Assembly: GCA_039683415.1 (NCBI GenBank)
Contig: JBDKRL010000008.1
Location: 527-64,526, forward strand
Direction of reading: 5' to 3'
Length of the DNA: 64,000 bases
Origin: Clostridiaceae bacterium
Lineage (GTDB): Bacteria; Bacillota; Clostridia; Christensenellales; CAG-138
This document shows positions 1-10,043 of the stretch, one piece after another (the stretch's first letter is position 1; each line of letters opens with the position of its first letter). Under the pieces are notes generated by a model. It did no database searches, was not told the DNA's origin, and saw nothing but the letters and a program-made list of their open reading frames with translations. A program made the position numbers and the translations under genes.

Positions 1-1
1 G

Positions 2-3000
2 CTGGCGGTAGGCATTGCGACCATGACGGTCGGCTCGCTCGGTTACAACGGTACTTATGACGGCGATCCGCATGACCTTGTGGCAACTGCGAGCATCGAC
101 GGCATGACGATTCTCTACAGCGCGACTGAAGGCAGTGGTTACAGCGAGGACTGCCCGAGCTATACAAACGCCGGAACGTACACCGTCTACTTCAAGGCGG
201 TTGACCCGGACGGCAACTATGCCGACGCGACGGGCAGTGCGGATATCGTAATCACCAAGGCCGTACTCACGGTGACGGCGGATGACCGCTCCATGACCTA
301 TGGAGATATGGCGTCGCTTACCGCGGAAGGCGCAAGCTACAGCGGATTCGCCGATGGCGACAGTCTGTCGAACATCGGTATGACCGGCAGCGTCACCTTC
401 GGATACTTCGCCGGAGCGACATCTGTCACGGTAGATGCAACCCTCGGCGCAGGCGGCTACACGATCAAACCGAACGTGAGCGCGCTGAGCTCGGCCAACT
501 ACACGTTCACTCCGGGTAACGGAACGCTGACGGTAAACAAGGCGATCATGACGGTTGGCGCAATCGACGTGACCCACGTCTATGACGGCACGGCTTACAG
601 CGTCATCGCCAATGCAATACCGGATGATCCGAACACGGTGATCTACTACAACACCACCGGCGGAACGATGCTCTCCGACTACTTTGAGGAGATTCCGGAA
701 GCGATTGATGTTGCGGACAGCACCCGCGTCTACTTCCTCGCGGTGAACCCGAACTACGAAGACGCGACAGGCAGCGCAATGCTGACGATCACGCCGGCAG
801 TGATTACCGTGACTGCGGACAACCGCAGCATGACCTACGGCGACACGACGACGCTGACCCCCGCGGAAGGCGTTACGTATGCCGGTTTCGTCAATAGCGA
901 AACCAGCAGCGTCATCTCCGACGCGGGCAGCATTACCTATACGTATCAAGAAGGCGCAGCGCTCGTGACGGTGGATAACACCCTCGACGCCGGCGGCTAC
1001 TCGATCATCCCGGGTGTTGGTGGGCTCTCGGCTGCGAACTACTCGTTCGTGCCCGGCAACGGCACGCTGACGGTGAACCGTGCAACGGGTCTTGCGATCA
1101 ACGCGACATCGTACAACGAAAAGTACGATGGCGGGGAGCATGGCATTGGAACATCGCCGACGCCTGCGGAAGGCACGACGCTGCTCTACAGCCTCACGGG
1201 AGGCACGAACCTCTCCGCTTATACGCTCACGAGCAATCCGATGTTCAAGAACGCTATGAGCGCAAAGACCGTCTATGTTGCGGCGGTGAACGACAACTAT
1301 GTCACCGTGTTTGACCAGGCGACGGTTACGATTGCACGACGCACCATCAAGCTGGCTTCGGACAGCGAAACCCGCCCCTATAACGGATCGCCGCTGAGCC
1401 TGCCGGATGTGGCGGTTACCGGTGACGGGTTCGTTACAGGAGAAGGCTTTGTAACGGATCCGCAGTCAACCGTTTCCATCACCAATGTTAGCAGCGTGAC
1501 GAACGCATACAGCTACCCCGCCTTCATTCCGGGAACGAACGTGGACAACTATGCGTTCCAGAAGACGGAAGGCACGCTGGAAATCACAGCGGTTGAAGTC
1601 ACGGTGACCGCCGATGATCAAAGCATGACCTATGGCGATTCCTCCGCAACTCCGGCGGCAGGCGTCAGCTACAGCGGCTTTGTCAACAGTGAGACAGCGA
1701 GCGTTGTCTCCGGCACGGTTGGGTACAACTACTACGACGGTGCGACGGAAGTGTTCATCGGCAGTACGCTCGGCGCTGGCAGCTACGACATCACGCCGGA
1801 CCTAAGCGGCATTACCGCAACGAACTACACGTTCAAAGCGGCCGATGGCACGCTGACCGTCAACCCGGCTACGATGGAAGTCACGTCCGACGGATATAAC
1901 GAACTCTACGACGGCGCACCGCACGGACTGGAAGCGGAAGTGACCGGGCTGACCGGCATGACGATCACATACAGTGATTCCGTAACCGGAACATTTACGA
2001 ATGCGTCGCCTGAGTATACGAATGTCGGCACATACACCGTCTACTTCAAGGCGGTTGATCCGGACGGCAACTACGCCGATGCAACGGGCAGCGCACAGAT
2101 CATCATCCGCAAGGTGCAAGTCACGGTCACGGCGGACAACCGCATCATGACCTATGGCGACACCACGACGATGACCCCGGCGGAAGGCGTGACCTACGCT
2201 GGCTTCGTCAACGGCGAGAACGCAACGAGCGCAGGCGTAACGGGTCTTGTGAACTATTACTATTACGATAGTTTATGGGAGCTGGTTGGAGTGAGCAATA
2301 CGCTTGATGCGGGAATCTACACCATTAAACCGAGTGTGTTCTGGCTCTCTGCCGCGAACTACACGTTCGTTCCCGCCGACGGCACACTGACGGTGAACAA
2401 AGCGACCATGACGGTCGACTCGAGCGGAACACTTGCCGTGTATGACGGCTTCCCGTATGACCTTACAGCAACTGCGAGCGTCGACGGCATGACGATCCTC
2501 TACAGTGCGACAGCAGATGGCACGTATGGGTCGGTTTGCCCGTCCTATACAAACGCCGGAACGTACACCGTCTACTTTAAGGCGATTGACCCGGACGGCA
2601 ACTATGCCGAAGCGACGGGACATGCGGATATCGTAATCACAAAGGCTGTACTCACTGTGAGGGCGATTGACCGCTCCATGACCTATGGAGACATGTCCTC
2701 GCTTACCGTGGAAGACGCAAGCTTCAGCGGGTTTGCCTTTGGTGACAATCTCTCCAACATCGGCTTGACCGGCAGCGTCGGCTACTACTACTTCGACAGT
2801 GCGACGTTAGTAACAGTGGATGCGACGCTCGACGCAGGCAGCTACACGATTACCCCGTACGTGGGCTCGCTGAACTCGGCCAACTACACGTTCGTCCCGG
2901 CTGACGGAACGCTGACGGTATCTCCGGCGACGATGGAAGTTACGTCTCTTGGGTACGAAGACTACTATGACGGCGCGGCGCACGGTCTGACGGCAAGCGT

Positions 3001-6000
3001 GACAGGCCTCAGCGGCATGACGATCACCTACAGTGATTCGCCGAGCGGAACCTTCACCAGCGCGTCGCCTGAGTACACGAATGCCGGAACGTACACCGTC
3101 TACTTCAAGGCGGTTGATCCGGACGGCAACTATGCCGATGCAACGGGCAGCGCCGAGATCAACATCCGTCAGGTGGAAGTCACCGTGACGGCGGACGATC
3201 AGAACATGATGTATGGCGACACGACCGCTCCCGCGGAAACCGTTTCCTACAGCGGTTTTGTCAACGGCGAGAACGCAACGAGCGCGGGCGTGACGGGCGA
3301 TGTGCTCTACAGCTACTATGACAGCCTGATGTATATGGTTGCCGTAAGCAGCACGCTTGACGCAGGGCTGTACACCATCACCCCGGACGTGGGCGGGCTG
3401 AGCGCAACGAACTACTCGTTCGTCCCGGCTGACGGCACGCTGACGGTGGCTAAATCCGACGCTCTGGATGTGAGTGCCGACGATGTGGAAGCGCCTTACG
3501 ACGGATTTCCATACATGGTGAGCCCGAACGTAAACGACTGGAATGGCACCGATGTCTGGTACAGCCTGACCGACAGCACGGATCCGGCGGATTACTCGAT
3601 GACGCCGCCGTCGCTTGTGAATGTTGGCGACAGCGCTAGGGTCTACCTGATGGCGACGAACCTGAACTACGAAAACGCCTTTGGCAGCGCGCTGGTCACG
3701 ATAACGCCGGTGGAACTCACCGTTACGCCGGATGATCAGTACATGATCTATGGCGACACAACCTTGCCTGCAGAGAGCTCTGTTATTACGGGCTTTGTCA
3801 ACGGCGAGAACGAAACGACTGCCGGTGTCAGTGGTTCGATTGACTACAACTACTTCGACGGCACAACGCCGGTAACGGTCAGCAGCACGCTGCCTGCCGG
3901 AGACTACACCATCGAGGTGGGGCTCAGCAATCTTACCGCCCCGAACTACACGTTCACCAACGCGTCTGGCGCGCTGAACGTTGCCAGGTCGGAATCGTTG
4001 ACGGTGGACGCAACCGACATCAGCGAGATGTACAATGGCGGAACCCACATGGTCACGCCGCTTGCAAGCGACATGTCCGCCGATACGACCATCTGGTACA
4101 GCCTGACCGACAGCACGGATCCCGCGGACTACTCGACAACGCCGCCTGCACTTGTCAATGTTAGCGACAGCGCGACGGTCTACCTGATGGCGACGAACCC
4201 GAACTACTACCCGGCGTTTGGCGAGGCGGAAGTTGATATCACACCGCGTACGATCGCGATTGTCACCAACGGCGCAAACAAGGTCTACGACGCAACGCCG
4301 CTGACCGATAACGGCTGGAGTCTTGGTGCCGGCAACGATGGGTTCGCCAGCACCGAGGGCTTCCTGAGCGCAGAAGCCGTAGGCACGATTACGAACGCTG
4401 GTTTTGTGTTCAACACGTTCGACTACACGCTCACGAGCAATACGCTGCCCGGCAACTATGACTTCGATATCACGGAAGGCGTACTGATCATTAGCGCGCG
4501 GCCTGTCATAGTTGCGCTTGATCCGGCGGAGAAGAACTCCGGCGATCCTGACCCGGCATTCACCTTCCATTATCTGACGTTCCCGGGACTCTACGATGTA
4601 TTGCCCGGAACCGGTGCTACGGTGAACCTGATCAGAACGGACGCTCTGGCGGTCACGAGTGAGGATATTGGCGTTCATACCGATGTGCTGAGCATCAATG
4701 TCGTCTTTGCTGACGCGACTGCGGCAAGCAACTACGCGATTGTTCCTCAGAATGCCGACTTCACAATCCACCCGCAGGTGACGTACAACCTCGACACGCT
4801 GGACGCCGTTACCGGCTTCCCGGCGACGGAATGGTTCGACTATCTGAGCGATGCGACCATTGCGGATGCAACGGGTGTTGCCCGCCTTGGCTACGTACTG
4901 ACCGGATGGACGGACGACCTGACTGGCGATCCGATCGCTCTGGGCGAGACGATTACCGGCATCGACCGCAACTACAGCCTGACCGCTGTTTGGGAACTTG
5001 CCAGGTATAACGTGTTCTACAATGCGAACACTGCCATGGACGTCAACAACATGCCGGGCACGCAGGTGAACATTCCTTACACGAGCCTGACTGCTCTGTC
5101 CGACCGTGTTCCGACCCGCGCGGGCTTCACCTTCGTCCATTGGGATACGGCGGAAGTCCCCGGCCAGATCTCCTACGATCCGGGCGAAACGTTTACAATG
5201 CCCAACAGCGACGTAACGTTCTCCGCGGTTTGGGAACCCGACCTGACGCCTGTGTACTATCACGCGAACGGCGGCGTTGGCGGAACGATTGAAGACGGTC
5301 CGTTCGGAACGCTCACCACGGTGACCGTTGCGGGCAACGGCTTCACGAGACCCGGCTATCGCTTCATCGGCTGGAGCACCACGCCTACCGGCGCAGTCTC
5401 CGCACAGCCCGGCGATACCTTCATGATGCCGATTCTGCAGGTGAACTACTATGCGCAATGGGAGCAGGTGCTCTACACGGTGACGTACATCGTCAACGGC
5501 GGCACGACGGCCGGCCTGGATGGCGCGGTGCCGTACGCGGAATACACGGATCTTGCCTATGGCGACGCGATGCCGGTACCGGCTGATCCTGCGCAGGACG
5601 GCTACACCTTCGCTGGCTGGACTACGGCAGTCCCGGCGACCGTGCCCGAGGGCGGACTGACGATCTACGGCACGATGACCGAGAATACGCCGGAGATCAT
5701 CCCGGATGAACCCACCCCGCTGGCCGGCGCATCCTGGGCGCTGCTCAACCTGATTCTTGCCATTGCCACAGCGCTCGGCTCCGTGCTGATGCTCATCGGC
5801 CTGATCGGCAAGAAGCGTAAGGAAGAGCTCGAAGGCGTGGTTGTGCGTGAGACCAAGAAGCACCCCGTTACCCGGCTAATGACGCTGCTGCCCGCGATTG
5901 GCGGAATCATCGCCTTCATCCTCACGGAGAACATGAAGAACCCGATGACGTTCGTCGACCGCTGGACGATCCTGATGGCGGTCATTGCGGTACTGCAGAT

Positions 6001-6061
6001 CGCGCTCGTGATCCTCGGCGTCAAAAAGGACAAGGAAGTTGATCCCGAATCCGCCAAGTAA
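2..6061 (+). CDS. Giant repetitive cell-surface protein (MBG-like domains alternating with ~80-aa Ig-like repeats, 4 InlB B-repeat-like domains, C-terminal membrane anchor); 5' truncated by the window edge
   Basis: The frame is open from base 2 through ATG 23 to TAA 6061. It has seven VTVTADDRSMTYGD...GTLTV units, four YTN(A/V)GTYTVYFKA(V/I)DPDGNY units and four Y..N...G(Y/F)...GW-type repeats. It ends in PDEPTPLA followed by three hydrophobic helices. Confidence 0.9.
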   Translation: MAVGIATMTVGSLGYNGTYDGDPHDLVATASIDGMTILYSATEGSGYSEDCPSYTNAGTYTVYFKAVDPDGNYADATGSADIVITKAVLTVTADDRSMTYGDMASLTAEGASYSGFADGDSLSNIGMTGSVTFGYFAGATSVTVDATLGAGGYTIKPNVSALSSANYTFTPGNGTLTVNKAIMTVGAIDVTHVYDGTAYSVIANAIPDDPNTVIYYNTTGGTMLSDYFEEIPEAIDVADSTRVYFLAVNPNYEDATGSAMLTITPAVITVTADNRSMTYGDTTTLTPAEGVTYAGFVNSETSSVISDAGSITYTYQEGAALVTVDNTLDAGGYSIIPGVGGLSAANYSFVPGNGTLTVNRATGLAINATSYNEKYDGGEHGIGTSPTPAEGTTLLYSLTGGTNLSAYTLTSNPMFKNAMSAKTVYVAAVNDNYVTVFDQATVTIARRTIKLASDSETRPYNGSPLSLPDVAVTGDGFVTGEGFVTDPQSTVSITNVSSVTNAYSYPAFIPGTNVDNYAFQKTEGTLEITAVEVTVTADDQSMTYGDSSATPAAGVSYSGFVNSETASVVSGTVGYNYYDGATEVFIGSTLGAGSYDITPDLSGITATNYTFKAADGTLTVNPATMEVTSDGYNELYDGAPHGLEAEVTGLTGMTITYSDSVTGTFTNASPEYTNVGTYTVYFKAVDPDGNYADATGSAQIIIRKVQVTVTADNRIMTYGDTTTMTPAEGVTYAGFVNGENATSAGVTGLVNYYYYDSLWELVGVSNTLDAGIYTIKPSVFWLSAANYTFVPADGTLTVNKATMTVDSSGTLAVYDGFPYDLTATASVDGMTILYSATADGTYGSVCPSYTNAGTYTVYFKAIDPDGNYAEATGHADIVITKAVLTVRAIDRSMTYGDMSSLTVEDASFSGFAFGDNLSNIGLTGSVGYYYFDSATLVTVDATLDAGSYTITPYVGSLNSANYTFVPADGTLTVSPATMEVTSLGYEDYYDGAAHGLTASVTGLSGMTITYSDSPSGTFTSASPEYTNAGTYTVYFKAVDPDGNYADATGSAEINIRQVEVTVTADDQNMMYGDTTAPAETVSYSGFVNGENATSAGVTGDVLYSYYDSLMYMVAVSSTLDAGLYTITPDVGGLSATNYSFVPADGTLTVAKSDALDVSADDVEAPYDGFPYMVSPNVNDWNGTDVWYSLTDSTDPADYSMTPPSLVNVGDSARVYLMATNLNYENAFGSALVTITPVELTVTPDDQYMIYGDTTLPAESSVITGFVNGENETTAGVSGSIDYNYFDGTTPVTVSSTLPAGDYTIEVGLSNLTAPNYTFTNASGALNVARSESLTVDATDISEMYNGGTHMVTPLASDMSADTTIWYSLTDSTDPADYSTTPPALVNVSDSATVYLMATNPNYYPAFGEAEVDITPRTIAIVTNGANKVYDATPLTDNGWSLGAGNDGFASTEGFLSAEAVGTITNAGFVFNTFDYTLTSNTLPGNYDFDITEGVLIISARPVIVALDPAEKNSGDPDPAFTFHYLTFPGLYDVLPGTGATVNLIRTDALAVTSEDIGVHTDVLSINVVFADATAASNYAIVPQNADFTIHPQVTYNLDTLDAVTGFPATEWFDYLSDATIADATGVARLGYVLTGWTDDLTGDPIALGETITGIDRNYSLTAVWELARYNVFYNANTAMDVNNMPGTQVNIPYTSLTALSDRVPTRAGFTFVHWDTAEVPGQISYDPGETFTMPNSDVTFSAVWEPDLTPVYYHANGGVGGTIEDGPFGTLTTVTVAGNGFTRPGYRFIGWSTTPTGAVSAQPGDTFMMPILQVNYYAQWEQVLYTVTYIVNGGTTAGLDGAVPYAEYTDLAYGDAMPVPADPAQDGYTFAGWTTAVPATVPEGGLTIYGTMTENTPEIIPDEPTPLAGASWALLNLILAIATALGSVLMLIGLIGKKRKEELEGVVVRETKKHPVTRLMTLLPAIGGIIAFILTENMKNPMTFVDRWTILMAVIAVLQIALVILGVKKDKEVDPESAK

Positions 6062-6079
6062 CGAACCCGGCACATAAGC

Positions 6080-6114
6080 AAAAGCGGCGCCTCCAAAAAG
6101 GGCGCCGCTTTTTT
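6080..6114 (+). terminator. Rho-independent terminator after the giant surface protein gene
   Basis: AAAAGCGGCGCC-loop-GGCGCCGCTTTTTT. Confidence 0.85.
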
Positions 6115-6459
6115 CGGCGTTTCGGCAATTTTTTGTTAAAAGCGCATTGCGACTAATCTGCTGCAAGAAAGAGGCATTGATGCATCCATGGCAAAAACAG
6201 ACGGGTTTCTCAGTTTGACCACCTGCGGCAGCGGCTTTCCCAATGAGGGGATCATAGCACAACCCGACGGCAGTTTTGCGGAAACAGAAGGTGACAGAGC
6301 CAGAATCAGTTACTGCGCGTAAAAAGATTCTTACACTGTATCTTGTATATTCATGAAATACAACCACAACATTCGGCGTAGATTTGATACAATGTAACAT
6401 GAAACGGCGAAAATGCGCGAGTTTTTAGTTTTTGCGTGATGTTTTGCGGTAACAATTTG

Positions 6460-6489
6460 TTGCAATGTTGTAATTTACGGCTGTATAAT
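6460..6489 (+). promoter_or_regulatory. sigmaA-type promoter of the transglutaminase/pil operon, probably leaderless
   Basis: TTGCAA-N18-TATAAT lies 6 nt before ATG 6496, with no Shine-Dalgarno sequence. Confidence 0.6.
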
Positions 6490-6495
6490 CGGTAC

Positions 6496-7419
6496 ATGGA
6501 GAAACGGTCGACGGCCGGACGGCTGCAACAATGGATTCCGCGGCTGCTGATTTTCGGCTTCATCTGCCTGTTCGCGTGCTCAAAGACCCCGACGCGCGCG
6601 GTTTTGCAAGAGGAGACCGTTTCCGATGACGCGCCCGTAGCTCTGGCCGGAAATACGCCCGCTGCCGATGAAACGGCAGACAAGCTGCTGCTTCCGGAAG
6701 CTTCCGGAACGGTTGTATACGAAGGTCAGGGCGTTACCATCGACGCTTCCCACACGGATCAGGGATATGTGATGATTCGCTGCGAGCAGACCGAGAAGCG
6801 CCTTAAAGCGCGTGTTTCGACCAGTGCGCAGACGTATTACTACGATTTGCCGAGCGGGGAAGACTACAGCGTGTTTCCGCTGCAAATGGGCGACGGCGAC
6901 TATACGTTGCGCATCATGGAGCAGGTGGAGGACGACCTCTACGCCGTTCGCTACAGCGTGGATATCGAAGTTGCGCTTGCAGACGAGACGATTCCCTTTT
7001 TGTACCCCAGTCAGTATGTCTGGTACGACGCTGAAAGTGACACGGTTGAGACTTCCCGCGAGGTGACGGGTGAGTTGACGGACGAAGAAAAAATCGTAAA
7101 AGCCTGCTACCGCTTTGTGGTTAATCACATTGCGTACGATACCCAAAAGGCCAAAACGGTGGAAAGCGGATATCTGCCCAATGCGGATGAAACGCTCGAA
7201 ACCGGCAAAGGCATCTGCTTTGACTACTCGGTGCTGCTGGCTGTCATGCTCCGCTCGCAGGGAATTCCGACTCGCGTTGTGATTGGCATGGTGTCGCCGG
7301 AAAATCTTTACCACGCCTGGAACAGCGTCTACCTCGACGGCGAATGGGTCTGGATGGACCCGACGCTCGACGGCATGGGTCATCGCGAGAGCGATTATGT
7401 GACCGAGCGCATTTACTAG
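6496..7419 (+). CDS. Transglutaminase-like domain protein, probable lipoprotein (putative cysteine protease or transamidase)
   Basis: N-terminal hydrophobic stretch ending in LFAC; triad motifs GICFDY, YHAWN and WMDPT. Confidence 0.85.
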   Translation: MEKRSTAGRLQQWIPRLLIFGFICLFACSKTPTRAVLQEETVSDDAPVALAGNTPAADETADKLLLPEASGTVVYEGQGVTIDASHTDQGYVMIRCEQTEKRLKARVSTSAQTYYYDLPSGEDYSVFPLQMGDGDYTLRIMEQVEDDLYAVRYSVDIEVALADETIPFLYPSQYVWYDAESDTVETSREVTGELTDEEKIVKACYRFVVNHIAYDTQKAKTVESGYLPNADETLETGKGICFDYSVLLAVMLRSQGIPTRVVIGMVSPENLYHAWNSVYLDGEWVWMDPTLDGMGHRESDYVTERIY

Positions 7420-7497
7420 CGCTGCCAAAGCCGCAAATAACAGCGAAAACGGGCAGGCCAAGGCGACAACGTTTCTGGCAAGAGAGGGAAAAACGGT

Positions 7498-8553
7498 ATG
7501 ACGGACGAAACAAAACAAAAAACGCTCCCGCCGGAAGAAACGGCGCTCTTTTGCGAGCAGGTGGCAATGGTGCTCAAGGCCGGTATTCCTCTCAGCGACG
7601 GTATGGAAACGCTGGCCAAAAGCTATGCCGACAGCCGCTACGGCGCGCGCTTTCTGCAGATTCAGACCGCGCTCGAACGGCGCGGATCGCTCTCCGGCGC
7701 GCTGGAGGACGCGGGGATCTTCCCCAAATACCTTTGCGCCATGGTGCGTATCGGCGAGCGGGCGGGCAAGCTGGACGAAGTGATGACCTCGCTTGCGAAT
7801 TACTACCAATGGGAAGCGGATATCCGTATCTCCGTAAAAAATGCGATTCTTTACCCGACCGTGCTGGTGATGATGCTGGCGGTGGTCATTGCGATATTGG
7901 TCATCAGCGTGCTGCCGGTATTCCAGCGCGTGTTCGACAGCCTGGGACTGGCGGCGGGGGCGCCCGCAAGCGCAGCCATGCGCATCGGCGTTGGCGTTGG
8001 CAAAGGGATGCTCGTGCTGGTCGGCGTGTTTGCGGTACTGCTCGTAGTGATCGGGATTTCTCTCAAATCTTCGCGCAGGGAATCGGTGCTTGCGTTGCTG
8101 TCCCGGTTTTTACCGCCGGTTCGGCGCGTCATCGCCCGGCTCTCCGCAGCGCGGTATGCCACGGTGCTTTCGATGATGCTTTCCGCGGGGTATCCGCTGG
8201 AAGATGCCATCCGTCTTTCGCCGACGGTCATTTCGGACGCAAAGTTCCGTGAGAAAGCGGAGCTGAGCGCGCAAAAGCTTAAGCAAGGCGCGTCGTTTGC
8301 GGATGCTGCGGAAGCAAGCGGGCTGTTTGAACCGATGCACGAAAAGATGATCCGCTTCGGTTCGGCAGCGGGTAAGCTGGACGCCGTGATGGAAAAAATC
8401 GGTACTATATATATGGAAGAAGCGGACGAGGCGATCCACGCCGTTGTTTCGATGATTGAGCCGACGCTTGTTGCGGTGCTTTCCATCGTGATTGGCGGGA
8501 TTCTGCTTTCGGTTATGCTGCCGCTGCTCTCGGTACTGTCGGCAGTGGCGTAA
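7498..8553 (+). CDS. Type II secretion system F family / PilC-like platform protein
   Basis: Two T2SSF repeats (LFCEQVAMVLKAGIPL...GERAGKLDEVM and LSMMLSAGYPL...GSAAGKLDAVM), each followed by TM helices. Confidence 0.92.
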   Translation: MTDETKQKTLPPEETALFCEQVAMVLKAGIPLSDGMETLAKSYADSRYGARFLQIQTALERRGSLSGALEDAGIFPKYLCAMVRIGERAGKLDEVMTSLANYYQWEADIRISVKNAILYPTVLVMMLAVVIAILVISVLPVFQRVFDSLGLAAGAPASAAMRIGVGVGKGMLVLVGVFAVLLVVIGISLKSSRRESVLALLSRFLPPVRRVIARLSAARYATVLSMMLSAGYPLEDAIRLSPTVISDAKFREKAELSAQKLKQGASFADAAEASGLFEPMHEKMIRFGSAAGKLDAVMEKIGTIYMEEADEAIHAVVSMIEPTLVAVLSIVIGGILLSVMLPLLSVLSAVA

Positions 8554-8555
8554 GG

Positions 8556-8750
8556 GGACTTTTTGGAGGCGCTGCCTCCAAACCACCGCTCAGGGCCTAG
8601 GCAGCCCTGAGAACCCGCCGGAGCTCAGCGAGGGTTTCCAAAGGGCGTACCCTTTGGCGGGAGCTCGAGGGCGGAGCCCTCGAATAAGTTCGGGAGCTCG
8701 AGGGCGGAGCCCTCGAATAAGTTCCGGAACGCGAAAACGGAGCCCTCGAA
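8556..8750. repeat. REP-like palindromic element cluster (family 1) with an exact 33-bp tandem duplication
   Basis: GGGTTTCCAAAGGGCGTACCCTTTGG core plus the hairpin TCGAGGGCGGAGCCCTCGA; 8658-8690 is identical to 8691-8723. Confidence 0.8.
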
Positions 8751-8791
8751 AATCAATAGGAAGTTTTTATCGGAAGGAGGGGAACAAAGCC

Positions 8792-9121
8792 ATGCATTTG
8801 TATGAAAACCGGCGTAGTGCCAACCGTGGTCTGATTGCCGCGGGCGCGATCTTTCTTGCGCTGATCCTGCTGTTTAGCGTCGCTCTGCTCTCCGCCTCCA
8901 AAAGGAACGCGGCGCAGGAAACGGAGTTGCTCGACAGCGCGATCAGGCGGGCGGTTGTCACCTGCTACGCGGTCGAAGGCAAGTACCCGCCGAGCCTCGA
9001 TTATCTCTATAAAAACTACGGCGTGTATGTCGACGAAAGCCGGTATGCCGTGTTTTACGATGTGTTCGCGGCAAACGTAATGCCGTCGCTGACGGTCACG
9101 GCGATCGGGGGTGGCCGGTGA
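8792..9121 (+). CDS. Small pilin-like / pseudopilin-like protein
   Basis: SD AGGAGG; basic N-terminus, then Gly and a single hydrophobic helix; coupled to downstream genes. Confidence 0.7.
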   Translation: MHLYENRRSANRGLIAAGAIFLALILLFSVALLSASKRNAAQETELLDSAIRRAVVTCYAVEGKYPPSLDYLYKNYGVYVDESRYAVFYDVFAANVMPSLTVTAIGGGR

Positions 9122-9624
9122 TGGAGCGCTCGAATGCTGTGCGGGACGCGCGCGGGGATATCCGCGGCGTATTCGTGTTTGCGTTGCTTGCGGCGTTTGC
9201 CGTGCTCTCGCTCGTTGTGGTGGTCGTTGGTGCGCGCTCGTACCGGGCGATCTACCAGGCTTCTGACGAGGCACTTTCCTACCGCACGGGCATGAGCTAT
9301 CTGATCGGCAAAGCGCGCGGCGCGGACGAAGCGGATATGCTGCAAGTGCGTTCGGAAAACGGAACGGACGTCCTCGTGCTCGGCAGTCTCTATGAAAACG
9401 AGCGCTACAACACCTATATTTACTGCAAAGACGGCGCGATTTTGGAGTATTTTGCCGCGGATACGCAGGCGTTTGACCCCGGCTACGGCGAAGAGATTTT
9501 GCAGGCGCAGGAACTGCACTTTACGATTGCTCAGCAGATGCTCACGATTTCACTGACGGATGCTTCCGGGAACACGTATGTTTCCGAGGTGCAGCTTTCC
9601 GCGGCGGGAGGGGATGCTTCATGA
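9118..9624 (+). CDS. DUF4860-like pilin-type protein
   Basis: IRG|VFVFALLAAF helix, GARSY, YLIGKARGAD and YNTYIYCKDG motifs, as I recall them from the DUF4860 family. Confidence 0.72.
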   Translation: MMERSNAVRDARGDIRGVFVFALLAAFAVLSLVVVVVGARSYRAIYQASDEALSYRTGMSYLIGKARGADEADMLQVRSENGTDVLVLGSLYENERYNTYIYCKDGAILEYFAADTQAFDPGYGEEILQAQELHFTIAQQMLTISLTDASGNTYVSEVQLSAAGGDAS

Positions 9625-10043
9625 ACGAGCGGCCATTGAAACCCCTAAAAAAGCGCGGCATGTTCAGCCCGGTGCTCATTGAGCTTTCCATCGTGATTCT
9701 GTTTTTCGCGCTCTCGACGGGCATCGTCGTGCAGCTCATCGCGTCTGCGAGCAGAATTTCGAACGAAAGCACGTTTCATTCGCAGGCATTGCTGGCAATG
9801 GAGACCGTCGCCGAGGAAACGAAGGCCGACCCGGAAGGGGACGGCGCGTTTGACGAGTGCGGCGTACGCGCGTTCACTAAAGCAGTTTCGGAACAGATCA
9901 CGGTGGAAGGCGTCGTCACCCGCGACGAAAGTCCGGAGAACGGAACGCTGTATACCATCGATTTAAGCGTACTCTCGGCGGAAGGAACGGCCTATACGCT
10001 GTCCGCCATGCGCTACGTTTCAACGGGGGAGGTACTGCCGTGA
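9621..10043 (+). CDS. Pilin-like / type II secretion pseudopilin-like protein
   Basis: KKRG|MFSPVLIELSIVILFF N-terminus; ATGA overlap with the upstream gene. Confidence 0.7.
   Translation: MNERPLKPLKKRGMFSPVLIELSIVILFFALSTGIVVQLIASASRISNESTFHSQALLAMETVAEETKADPEGDGAFDECGVRAFTKAVSEQITVEGVVTRDESPENGTLYTIDLSVLSAEGTAYTLSAMRYVSTGEVLP

Noticed and set aside
2807-5863. 1018-aa minus-strand ORF and many other long antisense ORFs (for example 6580-7809, 22850-24169, 32106-33803, 34020-35147, 46232-47326, 49602-50975, 53758-55116, 60776-62050)
   Set aside because: They are shadows of well-supported genes on the opposite strand, expected from GC-rich codon bias, and have no recognisable motifs.
6188-6322. 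44-aa small ORF (MAKTDGFLSLTTCGSG...) after a weak GAGG
   Set aside because: It has no recognisable motif and a poorly spaced SD, so it cannot be supported without conservation or ribosome-profiling data.
6121-6330. Possible c-di-GMP riboswitch here or in the 13119-13323 leader (GCAAA motifs)
   Set aside because: The required GGCAAA...GAAA...GACGCAAAGC stem architecture could not be assembled. An Infernal/Rfam scan would settle it.
8492-8791. N-terminal extension of the 8492-9121 ORF
   Set aside because: It overlaps pilC and translates the REP-like repeats; a strong SD supports ATG 8792.
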